A stretch of DNA of 64,000 nucleotides from an uncultured Planctomycetia bacterium (GCA_964634935.1 CAZWJT010000002.1:10570-74569); one strand, 5' to 3'; positions 1 to 10,119 are shown, counted from the first letter of the stretch. Program-made: numbers and translations. Notes: generated from the letters alone by a model not told the origin.

Positions 1-2
1 AC

Positions 3-545
3 CTGCCATGCCGAATGAGTTATTTAGGAGATTTTCCTCAAGTTCCCGGAATCGTTGAAGACGGAAAAACTTTTCTTGAGAACGCGGCAAAAAAGGCAAT
101 GAGCATGTCCAGGATTTCCAGCCTATGGACTCTTGCTGATGATTCTGGTCTTGAAGTCAGGGCCTTGAACGGAAAACCGGGAGTTTTCTCTGCTCGATTC
201 GCAGGGACCCATGCGTCGTATGACGCGAACAATCGAAAATTACTGCGACAACTGCGCGGTGTTGCCAGAAAAGAACGGAACGCAAGATTTGTTTGTTGCG
301 TAGCGCTTGCTCGAAGCGGGATGATGGTGAAGCATTTTATGGGATTTTTGAACGGAATGATTGCTGAAGCGCCAGTCGGCAAGAATGGCTTCGGATATGA
401 TCCGGTATTCTTTCTGCCGAAATACCAGAAAACGCTGGCTGAACTTTCGCCGGAATTCAAAAACTCGATCAGCCATCGTTTCAAGGCTTTTATTCGTTTC
501 AAAGAATATTTTTTAAAATATTTGGAGCATCCGGATAAAATCTGA
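3..545 (+). CDS. rdgB: RdgB/HAM1 family non-canonical purine NTP (dITP/XTP) pyrophosphatase, 5'-truncated at the window edge
   Basis: C-terminal part of the Ham1 fold: LADDSGLEVRALNGKPGVFSARFAG, FGYDPVFF. The ORF is open to the window start. Confidence 0.8.
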   Translation: MPCRMSYLGDFPQVPGIVEDGKTFLENAAKKAMSMSRISSLWTLADDSGLEVRALNGKPGVFSARFAGTHASYDANNRKLLRQLRGVARKERNARFVCCVALARSGMMVKHFMGFLNGMIAEAPVGKNGFGYDPVFFLPKYQKTLAELSPEFKNSISHRFKAFIRFKEYFLKYLEHPDKI

Positions 546-598
546 TATAATCTGTTGCCTGTCGCGGATAGTTGTTATTCGATGGGTATTCTATGGTT

Positions 599-673
599 CG
601 GGGCGTGGCTCAGCTTGGCTAGAGCGCTTGGTTTGGGACCAAGATGTCGGAGGTTCAACTCCTCTCGCCCCGA
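599..673 (+). tRNA. tRNA-Pro (anticodon UGG); CCA not encoded
   Basis: Cloverleaf read by hand: 7-bp acceptor CGGGGCG/CGCCCCG, GCTCAG D-loop, anticodon loop TTTGGGA, T-loop GGTTCAACTCC, discriminator A. Confidence 0.8.
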
Positions 674-837
674 CTTTATCTTGATTTAATGCAAAAATTT
701 TCATTTTTAGGGGTGGGGGCGGTTTTCTGGTAACGTTACGGATGAAATAAAACGGTAATAGCTCGCGACTTATCAGAATAACTTGACAAGAGCTGTTTCA
801 GGATAGCGCTCAAAAATAGCGAGGTTGTACCGGTCAT

Positions 838-911
838 GCGCCTGTAGCTCAAACGGATAGAGCATCTGCCTTCTAAGCAGGTGGTTGGCAGTTCGATTCT
901 GCCCAGGCGCG
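838..911 (+). tRNA. tRNA-Arg (anticodon UCU); CCA not encoded
   Basis: Acceptor GCGCCTG/CAGGCGC, D-loop AGCTCAAACGGATAGAGC, anticodon loop CTTCTAA, T-arm GGCAGTTCGATTCTGCC, discriminator G. Confidence 0.8.
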
Positions 912-915
912 TTTT

Positions 916-2193
916 ATGAGCGCAGCACCGAAGAATCAAAACTGCGATATGATCAACAATAAAACCTTCAAAAAAAATCTCATTTTTTTCCTTTTTGGAT
1001 GTGTTATTTTCTATGGGGGTTTATCAATATTTCTTAATACTGCAGGTAAAAACAGACTAAATAAATTGCTCTGTGAATCTCTCGGCGAGCAGATTACTTT
1101 TCGGCGAGCTTTCTTTCTTCCTTTTCTTACTCTTCGGATAACGGGAGTTGTCACTTCGGATGCCGCGATTGAGGAACTTGTTGTAAGTCCGAATATCAGC
1201 AGCTTTTTTTCCGGCAAATTCGGCTTGCATGCCCTTTTAATCAAGCATCCAAGAATACTGATCACACGGAACAAGGATGGTTTTAAAATTCCTTTTCGGA
1301 ATTTGCTTGAAAGAAAGCTGCTCAAGCAGAGGGCGGCAGGGAATTCTGAAACGTCAGAGAGCGCGGAGCCTGTCCGCGATCGAGGAAAATCTTCCAAGCC
1401 AGCTGAATTTTTCTGCGATAAACTTCTCGTTGTAAACGGCGCTCTTGAAGTACGAGATGAAAGCGCCGGGAAAGAAAGATTCTTTGAGCTTCGGGGTATC
1501 CAGATTTCAATTTCTTCATTTCATCCGTCAGCAAACTCGGTATGTAAATTTTCCGTAAACGCACACCTCAAAACAGTTTCGCAGGGAATAAATGATTTCA
1601 TTGATTTTTCCGGCTGGGTTAATTTCCCTAAAAAAGCGATGCAGGCACAATGTCAGATAAAAAGTATCCCTTACCATGATGTGGCTTTTATTCTTCCGCA
1701 TTTTCTTCAGACTGACGCCCTGGGAATCCAGAATGCAGTTTTTTCTTTTGACGCCAAGATGAATTCCAAAGATAATGAACTGGTGATGAACTGTCTTGTG
1801 TTTTTGGATCAATACGTCTTGCAGTCTGAATCAGGCAGTATTTCCCAGGGAGTTCTTTTGCAAAGCCTCATCCGGTTGTTTCACGAAAAAGGCAAGACAG
1901 CCCCTTTTGAATTTACCGTGAAGACAAAATTTGATAATCCCCGGATAGATTTAAACCAGATTGGCAATCAGGCACTTTCACAGATTGGGTCAATAACTTT
2001 TATCGTCGGGAAAGAGGCGATGAAAAAAGCAGGCTCAAACGCAAAAGAGGTTGGGATAAAAGCAGCTGATACAATAAAGAAGGCCGCTCAAGAAATTTCC
2101 GATTCTCCTCGGGAGGCGATCCGCATTGCCGATGATTTTATGAATGCGGTGATCAGCACAAAGCCGGCTGAAGAGAATGCCACCAGCCAGTAA
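916..2193 (+). CDS. Hypothetical membrane-anchored protein (N-terminal TM helix; possibly AsmA/DUF748-like); true start may be ATG 949
   Basis: Long ORF starting 5 nt after tRNA-Arg. Hydrophobic LIFFLFGCVIFYGGLSIFL segment near the N terminus. No confident family match by eye. Confidence 0.45.
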   Translation: MSAAPKNQNCDMINNKTFKKNLIFFLFGCVIFYGGLSIFLNTAGKNRLNKLLCESLGEQITFRRAFFLPFLTLRITGVVTSDAAIEELVVSPNISSFFSGKFGLHALLIKHPRILITRNKDGFKIPFRNLLERKLLKQRAAGNSETSESAEPVRDRGKSSKPAEFFCDKLLVVNGALEVRDESAGKERFFELRGIQISISSFHPSANSVCKFSVNAHLKTVSQGINDFIDFSGWVNFPKKAMQAQCQIKSIPYHDVAFILPHFLQTDALGIQNAVFSFDAKMNSKDNELVMNCLVFLDQYVLQSESGSISQGVLLQSLIRLFHEKGKTAPFEFTVKTKFDNPRIDLNQIGNQALSQIGSITFIVGKEAMKKAGSNAKEVGIKAADTIKKAAQEISDSPREAIRIADDFMNAVISTKPAEENATSQ

Positions 2194-2255
2194 GCGCACG
2201 AAGAAACTTTACAATCGGTTTTTTTTGTATATAGTATACAGTAAGGAGTACCCAT

Positions 2256-2666
2256 ATGAGTCATGTCTATCATGGTCCAGAACGGAGAAATTTTAAGCGG
2301 GTTAAAGTTAATCTTATCGTAGTTTATCGGGAAGATGCGCCGCTCGATGTGCATATCCGGGCAAGCGGTGTTGATTACCAGGCGTCGATGGTTGATATCA
2401 GTGAAGGCGGAATGTCAATTTTAACCGAGGCAAATATTGCGGTTTCTACGACACTCTGGATAAAATTTTCGCTCCTTGACCGTAAAGACAAAGGGGTTGA
2501 TTTCTATGGAACAATGGAGCTGAAAGGCAAGGTTTTGAGCAATATTTTACTTGAAGGAGATACCCACCGCCTCGGCATCCAGTTTTTCAGCGTTGAAGAA
2601 AAAGATAAGTCCGATATCGCCCACTTTGTAGAAATTATCGATCAGCGTTTCAATCCCGGAAGTTAA
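2256..2666 (+). CDS. PilZ domain protein (c-di-GMP binding)
   Basis: RRNFKR..(c-di-GMP switch) and DISEGGMSI match the PilZ RxxxR / DxSxGG motifs. RBS AAGGAG 8 nt upstream. Confidence 0.7.
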   Translation: MSHVYHGPERRNFKRVKVNLIVVYREDAPLDVHIRASGVDYQASMVDISEGGMSILTEANIAVSTTLWIKFSLLDRKDKGVDFYGTMELKGKVLSNILLEGDTHRLGIQFFSVEEKDKSDIAHFVEIIDQRFNPGS

Positions 2667-2798
2667 TCCGCAATATTTTTTTGTTCTGAAAACCAGAGAA
2701 TAAGTTTATTGTTTGACAAAAGCCGTTTCTTTTATACAATAGAAACGTTTCCCGGCAAAAAAACAAATACACTTTAAAAACTTGATGCAGCAACTTTT

Positions 2799-4535
2799 AT
2801 GATTCTCCAGACACGGCAATGTACTCTGCTCGTCCTCATTTTACTTCTTTGCGTTCCGGTTTTTGGAGCTGAAGTATACTATCTGGGCCAGAATTCTTCC
2901 GGGGTCTCCGAAAAGACAACAAATCCTCGCTATTCCCTACAACAACGCTTCGCCGACTTTTTCACTTCACTCCAATCGCCCCAGAAAAACAATGAGAGTT
3001 CCGGGTATTTGGGTGGAACATTTATGCAGTCCGTTACGTGGAATGATATTGATGGCAATACTTCAAAATCCTACCTTGAGCAAGGGACAGACTATCTTAC
3101 CGAAGCGAATCTCAATATGCTTGAAAAGCTCGGAGGTGATTATCATTTTGAGGGGCAGTGGTTTTTGCGGAAAACTGATGACCGGAGGATTGAACCTCGC
3201 CGAGATGTGCGCCTAAAACAAGTTGACTTGCGGGTGTCAAACGATGAAAATCTATACCAGTTCGGTGATTTTTACGCTGACTTCTCACAATTTGTGCTTG
3301 GATCAAGTTTGGAAGGTTTTAATATTGATCTGCGGCCGGAAAAAAATCAGCACTATCAGTTTGTAACCGCCCGAAAGAGTAAGGCCGATATCGCGGCAGA
3401 TCTTTTTCAGAGGAATGTTTTTGGCTTTAAGGCCGACCGATATTTTCTTCAAGATTCAGAAATATTCTCGAACTTGCGTTTTGGTTTTCAGGCTGCCAGC
3501 AGCCAGGACGACAGCTCAACGTTACCCGCGCCGAATAGCACAAAGGATTTGCGCAATACCGTAATCGGATTTGACGGAGAGGTAGCGTTTCAGAGGGGTC
3601 CGGCAGTGCAGTATGAGTATGCCCGTAGTATGTATCTGGAGCATGAAGACTCTGCAACCGGGCATGATACTGATTTCGGGAGTGCCTTCCGAATCCAGCC
3701 TTCCTGGAATCTCGGAAAAACAAATTTACGATACCTTTATTATTACGGCCAGCCGGGATTCTATTCAGATGCCGGGTCATCGATGGCAGACAAGATTCAG
3801 CATCAACTGAGCATTGACCATCGTTTCAGCGATCGCTTGAGCGTGACGGTCAGTGAAAATTACTATTGGGATCATCTAACCGGCAGCACCTTAACCAAGC
3901 GGACGTATAATAATGAGAAGTATCTAAACCTAAACATCGTTCCATTTGCTTGGCGGACCAGCTTGTTTTTACGGCCGTATGTTAATTATCTGGCAAAAGA
4001 TTCGGATGATGAAATTAATTCCGTAGAGTCTCGTACGGTTACCACAGGAATCAATATGAATGATCGCTTGAATGAACATACGACATGCGGGTTAGGGTAT
4101 GAGTACCGGTCTTTTACTGATCAGGCCGCGAAAACTTCTTCCGAAACATTTCATCGGATCAAAGGCGACATCGCGCAGGATTTTATTTTTTTAAAACGGC
4201 GCCTGTACTATTCATTTGGTCCGATCGTGGATATTCGGAATCGCAAAGGCGATGACGATAAGGATGTTCACACGAGCATCGATTGGAATCTTCAGTATGA
4301 TCTGACTCCGGGAACCACGATGCGGATGGGCCACACCATCGCTGATACCAACAGCGCGACCCCCGACGGTGATTACTTGAACAATCGCGGATTTTGGGAA
4401 TTTGATTTTTTGATCAATAAGGAACGTTCGGCGCATTTTGTGCTTCGCAGCGAACGGAACCATTATATCAATGGGAATGGGGCGCAGAGTTATAAGGAGC
4501 TTCGGGTGATTTCGAAACTCGTGGTGAATTTCTGA
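2799..4535 (+). CDS. Outer-membrane beta-barrel protein (signal peptide, C-terminal Phe)
   Basis: N-terminal signal peptide LLVLILLLCVPVFGAEV. Alternating amphipathic pattern. Terminal ...KLVVNF. Stop overlaps the next start (TGATG). Confidence 0.55.
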   Translation: MILQTRQCTLLVLILLLCVPVFGAEVYYLGQNSSGVSEKTTNPRYSLQQRFADFFTSLQSPQKNNESSGYLGGTFMQSVTWNDIDGNTSKSYLEQGTDYLTEANLNMLEKLGGDYHFEGQWFLRKTDDRRIEPRRDVRLKQVDLRVSNDENLYQFGDFYADFSQFVLGSSLEGFNIDLRPEKNQHYQFVTARKSKADIAADLFQRNVFGFKADRYFLQDSEIFSNLRFGFQAASSQDDSSTLPAPNSTKDLRNTVIGFDGEVAFQRGPAVQYEYARSMYLEHEDSATGHDTDFGSAFRIQPSWNLGKTNLRYLYYYGQPGFYSDAGSSMADKIQHQLSIDHRFSDRLSVTVSENYYWDHLTGSTLTKRTYNNEKYLNLNIVPFAWRTSLFLRPYVNYLAKDSDDEINSVESRTVTTGINMNDRLNEHTTCGLGYEYRSFTDQAAKTSSETFHRIKGDIAQDFIFLKRRLYYSFGPIVDIRNRKGDDDKDVHTSIDWNLQYDLTPGTTMRMGHTIADTNSATPDGDYLNNRGFWEFDFLINKERSAHFVLRSERNHYINGNGAQSYKELRVISKLVVNF

Positions 4536-4987
4536 TGAAAAGAACATTCATCTGCATGATCACGGTGAATCTTTTGCTTGCAGGCTGTGCTGGTGCGCCT
4601 GTAGCGTCCATCCAGCGTACCGAAGAAAAAAAGAATGATTTTGTGCTCGCCGAAAAGGTTGTTCGCGACCTGTTTGATATCTACCAGGATTTTACCATGA
4701 AGAAATTCTCGGATGCCGTAGCAGATGATTTTGTTCCGATGCGCAGCGATTTTATCAATACCGCATCGAGGAATACCAGTAAAACCGTTCTTGTGGAAGT
4801 TACCTTTTCTTTGGAGCAGGTTTTGTCCAACAAGGATACGTTGGCAATAGAAATAAAGTGGCAAAAACACTCTCAGTCCTATGGCGATACGTCTGTAGGG
4901 TTAACGCAAGGGCGGGCCAATTTGGTATTTAAGAATAAACCAGGCCGGTGGCAGCTTTACCAGGTGAGCGGCGATAATCCATTTTAA
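4535..4987 (+). CDS. Lipoprotein (lipobox LLLAGC)
   Basis: MKRTFICMITVNLLLAGCAG is a lipoprotein signal. Translationally coupled to the upstream barrel gene. Confidence 0.55.
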   Translation: MKRTFICMITVNLLLAGCAGAPVASIQRTEEKKNDFVLAEKVVRDLFDIYQDFTMKKFSDAVADDFVPMRSDFINTASRNTSKTVLVEVTFSLEQVLSNKDTLAIEIKWQKHSQSYGDTSVGLTQGRANLVFKNKPGRWQLYQVSGDNPF

Positions 4988-5013
4988 TAGATGCACGAGA
5001 ACATGAGGAAACA

Positions 5014-8000
5014 ATGAGGTTTAAAACGATATTTTTTCTTACGCTTCTTGGTTTTCATTTCTGCGGTGTTTGTTGTTCTGGCTACGCGGAGGATGAGAGC
5101 CTTTCTCAGAAAGCGGCAAACCAAGTCATCGACAGCCTGCCTGATTTCATAAAAGATGTTCAGGCGATGCGGAATATGACTCCTCAGCAGAAAATCGATT
5201 ACCTTATGGGTGCGGTTGATGACCGGGTGAAAGAGAAGGTAAGCGAGAAATTCAAGGATCAAATCAAAGATAAAGTGAAAGATTTTACAAGAGCTGCTCT
5301 GCGGGCGCGCGCGTTCCAGGAATTCGGCATTCCTCAAATCCGCAATGCATTTGTTTTGGGCGAAGCGGTCAATTGGGGCAAGATTGAATCTGAGATCGTT
5401 TCCAACGTGGACACGAAGATGCGTATGTTTGATGCCGGATGGAAAGCCGCCGAAATCGGTTGGGGAGCCTATGAGGCATACGCGACAGGTGATGCGGTGG
5501 CGGCTGCGAAATCAATTAGCGGCAGCGTCTGTGAACTTTTGGCTGAGGCTTACATTCCAGGGTGGGGATGGATTAAGTTTGGAGCCAAGATGGTCGAAGC
5601 GCTGGGTAATTATGTTCTTTCATATGCCACGGATACCGCTGTTCAGGGTATGCTTGAAGATATGTATGGCATGAAATCGAATCCCTCGGGTTTTGCAGAT
5701 TGGTTGATTAAACAGTCTCCGCAGGCGATTATGGCGGATTTAAACAGTAAATGGGATGATGGCATGGCGTTTGGCTATCTCTGGCAGGGACAGGGAACGG
5801 ATAAAGGCGACGAAGAGATGAAGTCGCGTTTGCAATCGGTTCTTGTCGGGCTGCGTGGCCAGCTTCTTGCGAAAATCAAGGAAGAAGAAGCCAAAGAAAA
5901 AGAGCTTCAGCAGTATATGGAGCAGTATAACCAGGAGACAGAGAAGAGAGCGAAAGACTTGCAGTCTGTTGCAAAACAGGCTACCGATGAAGCAGAAAAG
6001 ATTTTGGCTCCAGTAAAATCGTTCCGCGAGAAATACTACGGGATTCGTAAACAAGAAGTTCAACAGCAGGAAACAAGAATCCGATCGCAAATGGTAGGCG
6101 GAGCAGGAATTGCGTATTCTTCTCTTAACTACAAAGGGCTGGTCAATATCTATAGAAACGCGCTGTCAGAAGTAAAAGACGGGCCTTCGAAAAGCGGCTT
6201 TGATAAAGAGGCCTACGAGCGTATGTACAATGAGTATGGTCCGGCAGTCGCAAAGGAATTAAAACGTTTCAGTGAGACGAATGAAGCGGCAATACAGGCC
6301 GCGGGAAAGGCCATGTGGGCGGCGTGGGGTCCTCAGTTTGATGCGCTCTCAACGCAGATTAACGCGGCTTTTAAGCGAGGGGATCATAGAACAGTAGAAG
6401 CGTTAAATAATCAGCTTGCCGCTTTGAACGCGCGATTTGCTCCGGTGCAACAGGCACACGCGAAAGCAGTCAGCGAGGCGCGCACAAAGATGGCGCTTGA
6501 AGAACAACTTTTGGGGACAGAGTATACGCTCGCAACGCTTGAAGCTACAGAACGAGGAGCAAAATTCGGCATGCGCATCGTAGAGGCGTATAAGTCAATC
6601 AATGATCAGTTGTCGAAAGCAAACACAGAGCTTGGCCTTGGCTTAAAAATATTGCGCGAAAATATCCATAAACTTAACTATCCAGGTTTATGGCGCCATG
6701 CTGGCAGTATTGCCGGAGCTATTGGCGGGGGTTACAGCGGTCCAGCTGAACAGCTGCGTAAAGGTGAGTATGAATTTTTTGTTGGTCCGGGGCATCTTTC
6801 AGGGGCGATTGCCAATGCTGAAGAAGAGGAGCGTAAACTCAAGGCAGACTTAGAAAAACTCAGTGAGCTTGACAGTGCAGAGCGGAAACTCTATGCGGCA
6901 TATCGCCAGGTAGTTGCTAACGCGTTCAATAGCTATCAAGCGGTCACTCCGGAACGGCTTCAGGTAATACATAAACCGCCAATTTTTTCAGGGGACCAGG
7001 AGGAAAATCGCCGCAATTCAATGATTGGTGCGGCTCGAAGTGGTAACCCGTCTTCGTTGGGAGATGAGTATTGGGGGATTGCTGATTTTCCCTATGTATC
7101 GTTTCCTGGAGGATATCCTCGTATTACCGGGACGATCATTTCTTTAGAGTTTTTAAACCAGATCGACAGTTTTCTGGGGAATCCATCTGAGCCGTATCGC
7201 GAGGCCTTAAAAAAGGTACAGCAAGATATTACGGCTTTACGCGGCTGGGCAGAAACTGACGAATTGGCAGGGATTATCAATCAGCTTGGTCCTCGGCTCT
7301 CCAAGCTTTTTGACCAGTACGCTTATTTTGGCGAAGGTATTCCTGGAATAATTTACAAATTTCGCGCGCTTCCTGAAGGAAAAGGCGGGCAGGGAACCAT
7401 TATTGATGAGCGCACCGTGTTGGATACGGCGGGTTATGTGTATCTTCAGGAGATGAAGGAAGTGTGGGAAAAGAATGGGCATCGTGTTGCGCAATTTGCC
7501 AATCTCGCAAAAGGATATGGGAAAGGCCATAACTATCCAAGGGATTATAACCCAAAGCGGTATATCGATAAGCTCCCTACCTGGCAGGGGATTCCTCAAA
7601 AGATTCAGATCTATGAACAGGCAATGATTCAGGCAATAAAAGAGAGTAAAGAGGCGTATGCTCAGGCTCGAAAGCAAATCGATGAGTTGAAAGACCAATT
7701 TGAGCAGTCGCGCAGCGGATTCGGCGCGATGAATCTGAAGAATATGCAGAATGTTCAAAAAACCCTGAAACTCATTATTCAGTACAATCTTGTTGCTCCA
7801 GGGTATACGGCAATGAAAGATGAGATTCTTCAGTTTGAAAAAGATATGGAAGAAGGAATCGCAACCTGGTTGGAAGAACAGAAAAAAAAGAATGAAGAAT
7901 ACCAGCGTCGGCAGGCAGAAGAAGCCAAATTCCAGGCGGAGGAGGCCCGCAAACAGGAAGAGGCAAGAAATCAGGATGCTTTAAAGCGGACCAATCCGGC

Positions 8001-9246
8001 TGAATACTATGGCTATCGAGTGGTGAGTAGCCGTCTGAATACATACTCGGTTGATGGTGTTTCCGGAGATATTATTGTTACTCGTGACAAGCTTGTTCAG
8101 GGGCAGCTGCATATTGACGCACAATTGAGCCATACAGATAAGGCAAAGACGCTTCTTTTCTCAGAAGATGGAGGAAGGACTTGGAAAGAAATACCACTAA
8201 GCGCGAACATCAGGTATTCGTTTTATCCGATGCCAAACAGGCTTTACAATCCTTTTGTCCAGATTAAAACCGAAGATCTTCTTGTAGTCAATCTCAAGCT
8301 TATTCCCAGCGCGAACGGGATTATCTATAAGGATGAAGATTTTAACCAGCAGGTAGTAGCCGCAGTTAAAGCGCTTGCCGAAGCATACGAGCGCCGGGAT
8401 TTATCGGGTTTTAGCGACCTTATTTCTCGGAATTATGCGGGAAATAAGACATTTCTCGAAGAAGGCGTTCGGTTTGATTTTGATCTTTTTCTCAATATTT
8501 CTTTGAAAATTTACATCAATCGCATTGAACAACGCGGAGATCGATTTGTCGTTGAAACCAAGTGGGATAAAAGCCAAACACCACGTCAGACAGGTCAGAC
8601 TCAAAAGACAACCGGACGAACCACGATTATGTTTGTAGTAGAGGATGGTAAACTCAAAGTTCAAAACCTGCGAGGAGATCTTCTCTATGCGACACTTTCT
8701 CCTGAAATTGCTCAAGCGAGTGGATTGTCTTCCGCCAAGGTTGAAGAAATCCGCACTGCTCGTGATGAGCGTAATCCGATACAACCGGGCGCGGGAACTA
8801 CAGATGATGATGGAGGGATCGCTTCTCCGGCGGCCACTTTGACTGTTACCACAAAAAGCTTGGAAGATGATTACGGTACCGGCGGCATGCCGGATCAGCA
8901 CATAGACTTTGCTACGGGTAATGTTATTTTAGGCGGAGCAGGAGGCGATATCGGACTTGAAGTGAATGGTTTCTGGGCACAAATAGGTGCCGGGATTAAA
9001 GAAGTCGGCACTTCATTCAATGCGACTACCGACGCTTCCGGAGTAACAGCGTTGGATAATAGCGTTTTTGGTCTTACAACAGGCAAAGTCTATATCTTTT
9101 TGACTACGGGTGGTTACTACGGTAAGCTTGAAGTGATTTCTTGGGATGAAGAAGACAGAGATCTTGATACTGTTTTTGATACCTCAATTGTGCAATTTCG
9201 CTATGCTGTCCAGACAAATGGGACATCCGATGTAACTACTCAGTAA
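5014..9246 (+). CDS. Giant (1410 aa) secreted coiled-coil protein, function unknown
   Basis: Signal peptide MRFKTIFFLTLLGFHFCGVCCSGYA. Long K/E/Q-rich heptad stretches (e.g. EEQKKKNEEYQRRQAEEAKFQAEEARKQEEARNQ). Gly/Thr-rich beta-like C-terminal 250 aa. RBS GAGGAAACAATG. Confidence 0.6.
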   Translation: MRFKTIFFLTLLGFHFCGVCCSGYAEDESLSQKAANQVIDSLPDFIKDVQAMRNMTPQQKIDYLMGAVDDRVKEKVSEKFKDQIKDKVKDFTRAALRARAFQEFGIPQIRNAFVLGEAVNWGKIESEIVSNVDTKMRMFDAGWKAAEIGWGAYEAYATGDAVAAAKSISGSVCELLAEAYIPGWGWIKFGAKMVEALGNYVLSYATDTAVQGMLEDMYGMKSNPSGFADWLIKQSPQAIMADLNSKWDDGMAFGYLWQGQGTDKGDEEMKSRLQSVLVGLRGQLLAKIKEEEAKEKELQQYMEQYNQETEKRAKDLQSVAKQATDEAEKILAPVKSFREKYYGIRKQEVQQQETRIRSQMVGGAGIAYSSLNYKGLVNIYRNALSEVKDGPSKSGFDKEAYERMYNEYGPAVAKELKRFSETNEAAIQAAGKAMWAAWGPQFDALSTQINAAFKRGDHRTVEALNNQLAALNARFAPVQQAHAKAVSEARTKMALEEQLLGTEYTLATLEATERGAKFGMRIVEAYKSINDQLSKANTELGLGLKILRENIHKLNYPGLWRHAGSIAGAIGGGYSGPAEQLRKGEYEFFVGPGHLSGAIANAEEEERKLKADLEKLSELDSAERKLYAAYRQVVANAFNSYQAVTPERLQVIHKPPIFSGDQEENRRNSMIGAARSGNPSSLGDEYWGIADFPYVSFPGGYPRITGTIISLEFLNQIDSFLGNPSEPYREALKKVQQDITALRGWAETDELAGIINQLGPRLSKLFDQYAYFGEGIPGIIYKFRALPEGKGGQGTIIDERTVLDTAGYVYLQEMKEVWEKNGHRVAQFANLAKGYGKGHNYPRDYNPKRYIDKLPTWQGIPQKIQIYEQAMIQAIKESKEAYAQARKQIDELKDQFEQSRSGFGAMNLKNMQNVQKTLKLIIQYNLVAPGYTAMKDEILQFEKDMEEGIATWLEEQKKKNEEYQRRQAEEAKFQAEEARKQEEARNQDALKRTNPAEYYGYRVVSSRLNTYSVDGVSGDIIVTRDKLVQGQLHIDAQLSHTDKAKTLLFSEDGGRTWKEIPLSANIRYSFYPMPNRLYNPFVQIKTEDLLVVNLKLIPSANGIIYKDEDFNQQVVAAVKALAEAYERRDLSGFSDLISRNYAGNKTFLEEGVRFDFDLFLNISLKIYINRIEQRGDRFVVETKWDKSQTPRQTGQTQKTTGRTTIMFVVEDGKLKVQNLRGDLLYATLSPEIAQASGLSSAKVEEIRTARDERNPIQPGAGTTDDDGGIASPAATLTVTTKSLEDDYGTGGMPDQHIDFATGNVILGGAGGDIGLEVNGFWAQIGAGIKEVGTSFNATTDASGVTALDNSVFGLTTGKVYIFLTTGGYYGKLEVISWDEEDRDLDTVFDTSIVQFRYAVQTNGTSDVTTQ

Positions 9247-9376
9247 TCTTTTCATCGCACGACATTTGCTCGTGGTATTTTAGAGAAATCTTCCTTTACA
9301 GCTCGCATAAAATTTGATAAAGTTATACAGATTTCTTAGGCCCTCTATACGTTGATTTTTTGGAATACGATAATAC

Positions 9377-9455
9377 GGTGGGTGTAGCTCAGTTTGGCTA
9401 GAGCACTTGACTGTGGCTCAAGATGTCGAGGGTTCAAATCCCTTCACCCACCCCA
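9377..9455 (+). tRNA. tRNA-His (anticodon GUG) with extra G-1 and encoded 3' CCA
   Basis: G(-1) precedes acceptor GTGGGTG/CACCCAC. Anticodon loop CTGTGGC. T-arm GAGGGTTCAAATCCCTT. Discriminator C followed by CCA in the DNA. Confidence 0.8.
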
Positions 9456-9462
9456 TATTTAA

Positions 9463-9518
9463 CCCTCATGCGAACCCGGACTCTTCGGAGCCACAAACGC
9501 ATGAGGGTTTTTCTTTTT
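9463..9518 (+). terminator. Hairpin plus T-run immediately after tRNA-His
   Basis: CCCTCATGCG ... CGCATGAGGG (10-bp stem, large loop) followed by TTTTTCTTTTT. Confidence 0.5.
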
Positions 9519-9553
9519 CTGGTGGGGAAGCGCTTGAGTTTGCTCCCCAAGAG

Positions 9554-10084
9554 ATGGTCGAGTTTATCAAATATCTGAAGAGCTATTCTTCGATATGGCC
9601 GAGAACTTACTTTTGTGAATTTCCTTTCTTTATCTCCATTACCAATTTTAAACGAAAAATATGCTTTGGAACACGGCCCGAAGACTTGGCCGATATGGGG
9701 ATTATTCATCAAAAAGCATGGGAAAGGCATCAGGCGCATTTAAATCGTCTGTCCCGATTTCCGCTTGATAAGGCAGAATATTATCAAAGGTTGAAGGAGA
9801 TGCATGCGGTGAATACCGTTCGTGGGCTTTCGACAATAACAGGGGAGGACTGGTCGTATATTGCTAAGATTCTTAGAGTTTTATTATTGCCGGAACCAAT
9901 TAAAGATTTTTTGAGGAATAATAAGAGCAATTCTGAGATTGTGAAGTTCTTCACTCTACGTCGTCTTCTTAATATTGTGCGGCAACGTGAGGAAAGGCTT
10001 CAATTAAGCTATTTCAGTGAGCTTATGGAAAAATATGGGATGGCGTTTATCGACTCTTGGACGCAGGATAACATCAAAAGATGA
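9554..10084 (+). CDS. Hypothetical protein (first gene of the island downstream of tRNA-His)
   Basis: ORF track 9407..10084 begins inside the tRNA. The first ATG downstream of the tRNA terminator is 9554 (MVEFIKYL...). No recognisable domain. Confidence 0.4.
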   Translation: MVEFIKYLKSYSSIWPRTYFCEFPFFISITNFKRKICFGTRPEDLADMGIIHQKAWERHQAHLNRLSRFPLDKAEYYQRLKEMHAVNTVRGLSTITGEDWSYIAKILRVLLLPEPIKDFLRNNKSNSEIVKFFTLRRLLNIVRQREERLQLSYFSELMEKYGMAFIDSWTQDNIKR

Positions 10085-10119
10085 ATCAAATCGCCGTGCC
10101 TAAATGTCCATTCCGTATG

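Noticed and set aside
7237-7758. Minus-strand ORFs of 80-200 aa (e.g. 7237..7758, 8401..8901, 37945..38556, 19748..20224, 50111..50557)
   Set aside because: All are antisense to strongly supported + strand genes and lack recognisable motifs. Antisense ORFs are common in GC-moderate DNA.
9407-9553. ORF start at 9407 overlapping tRNA-His
   Set aside because: It begins with TTG inside the tRNA and reads through the tRNA terminator hairpin. The first plausible start is ATG 9554.
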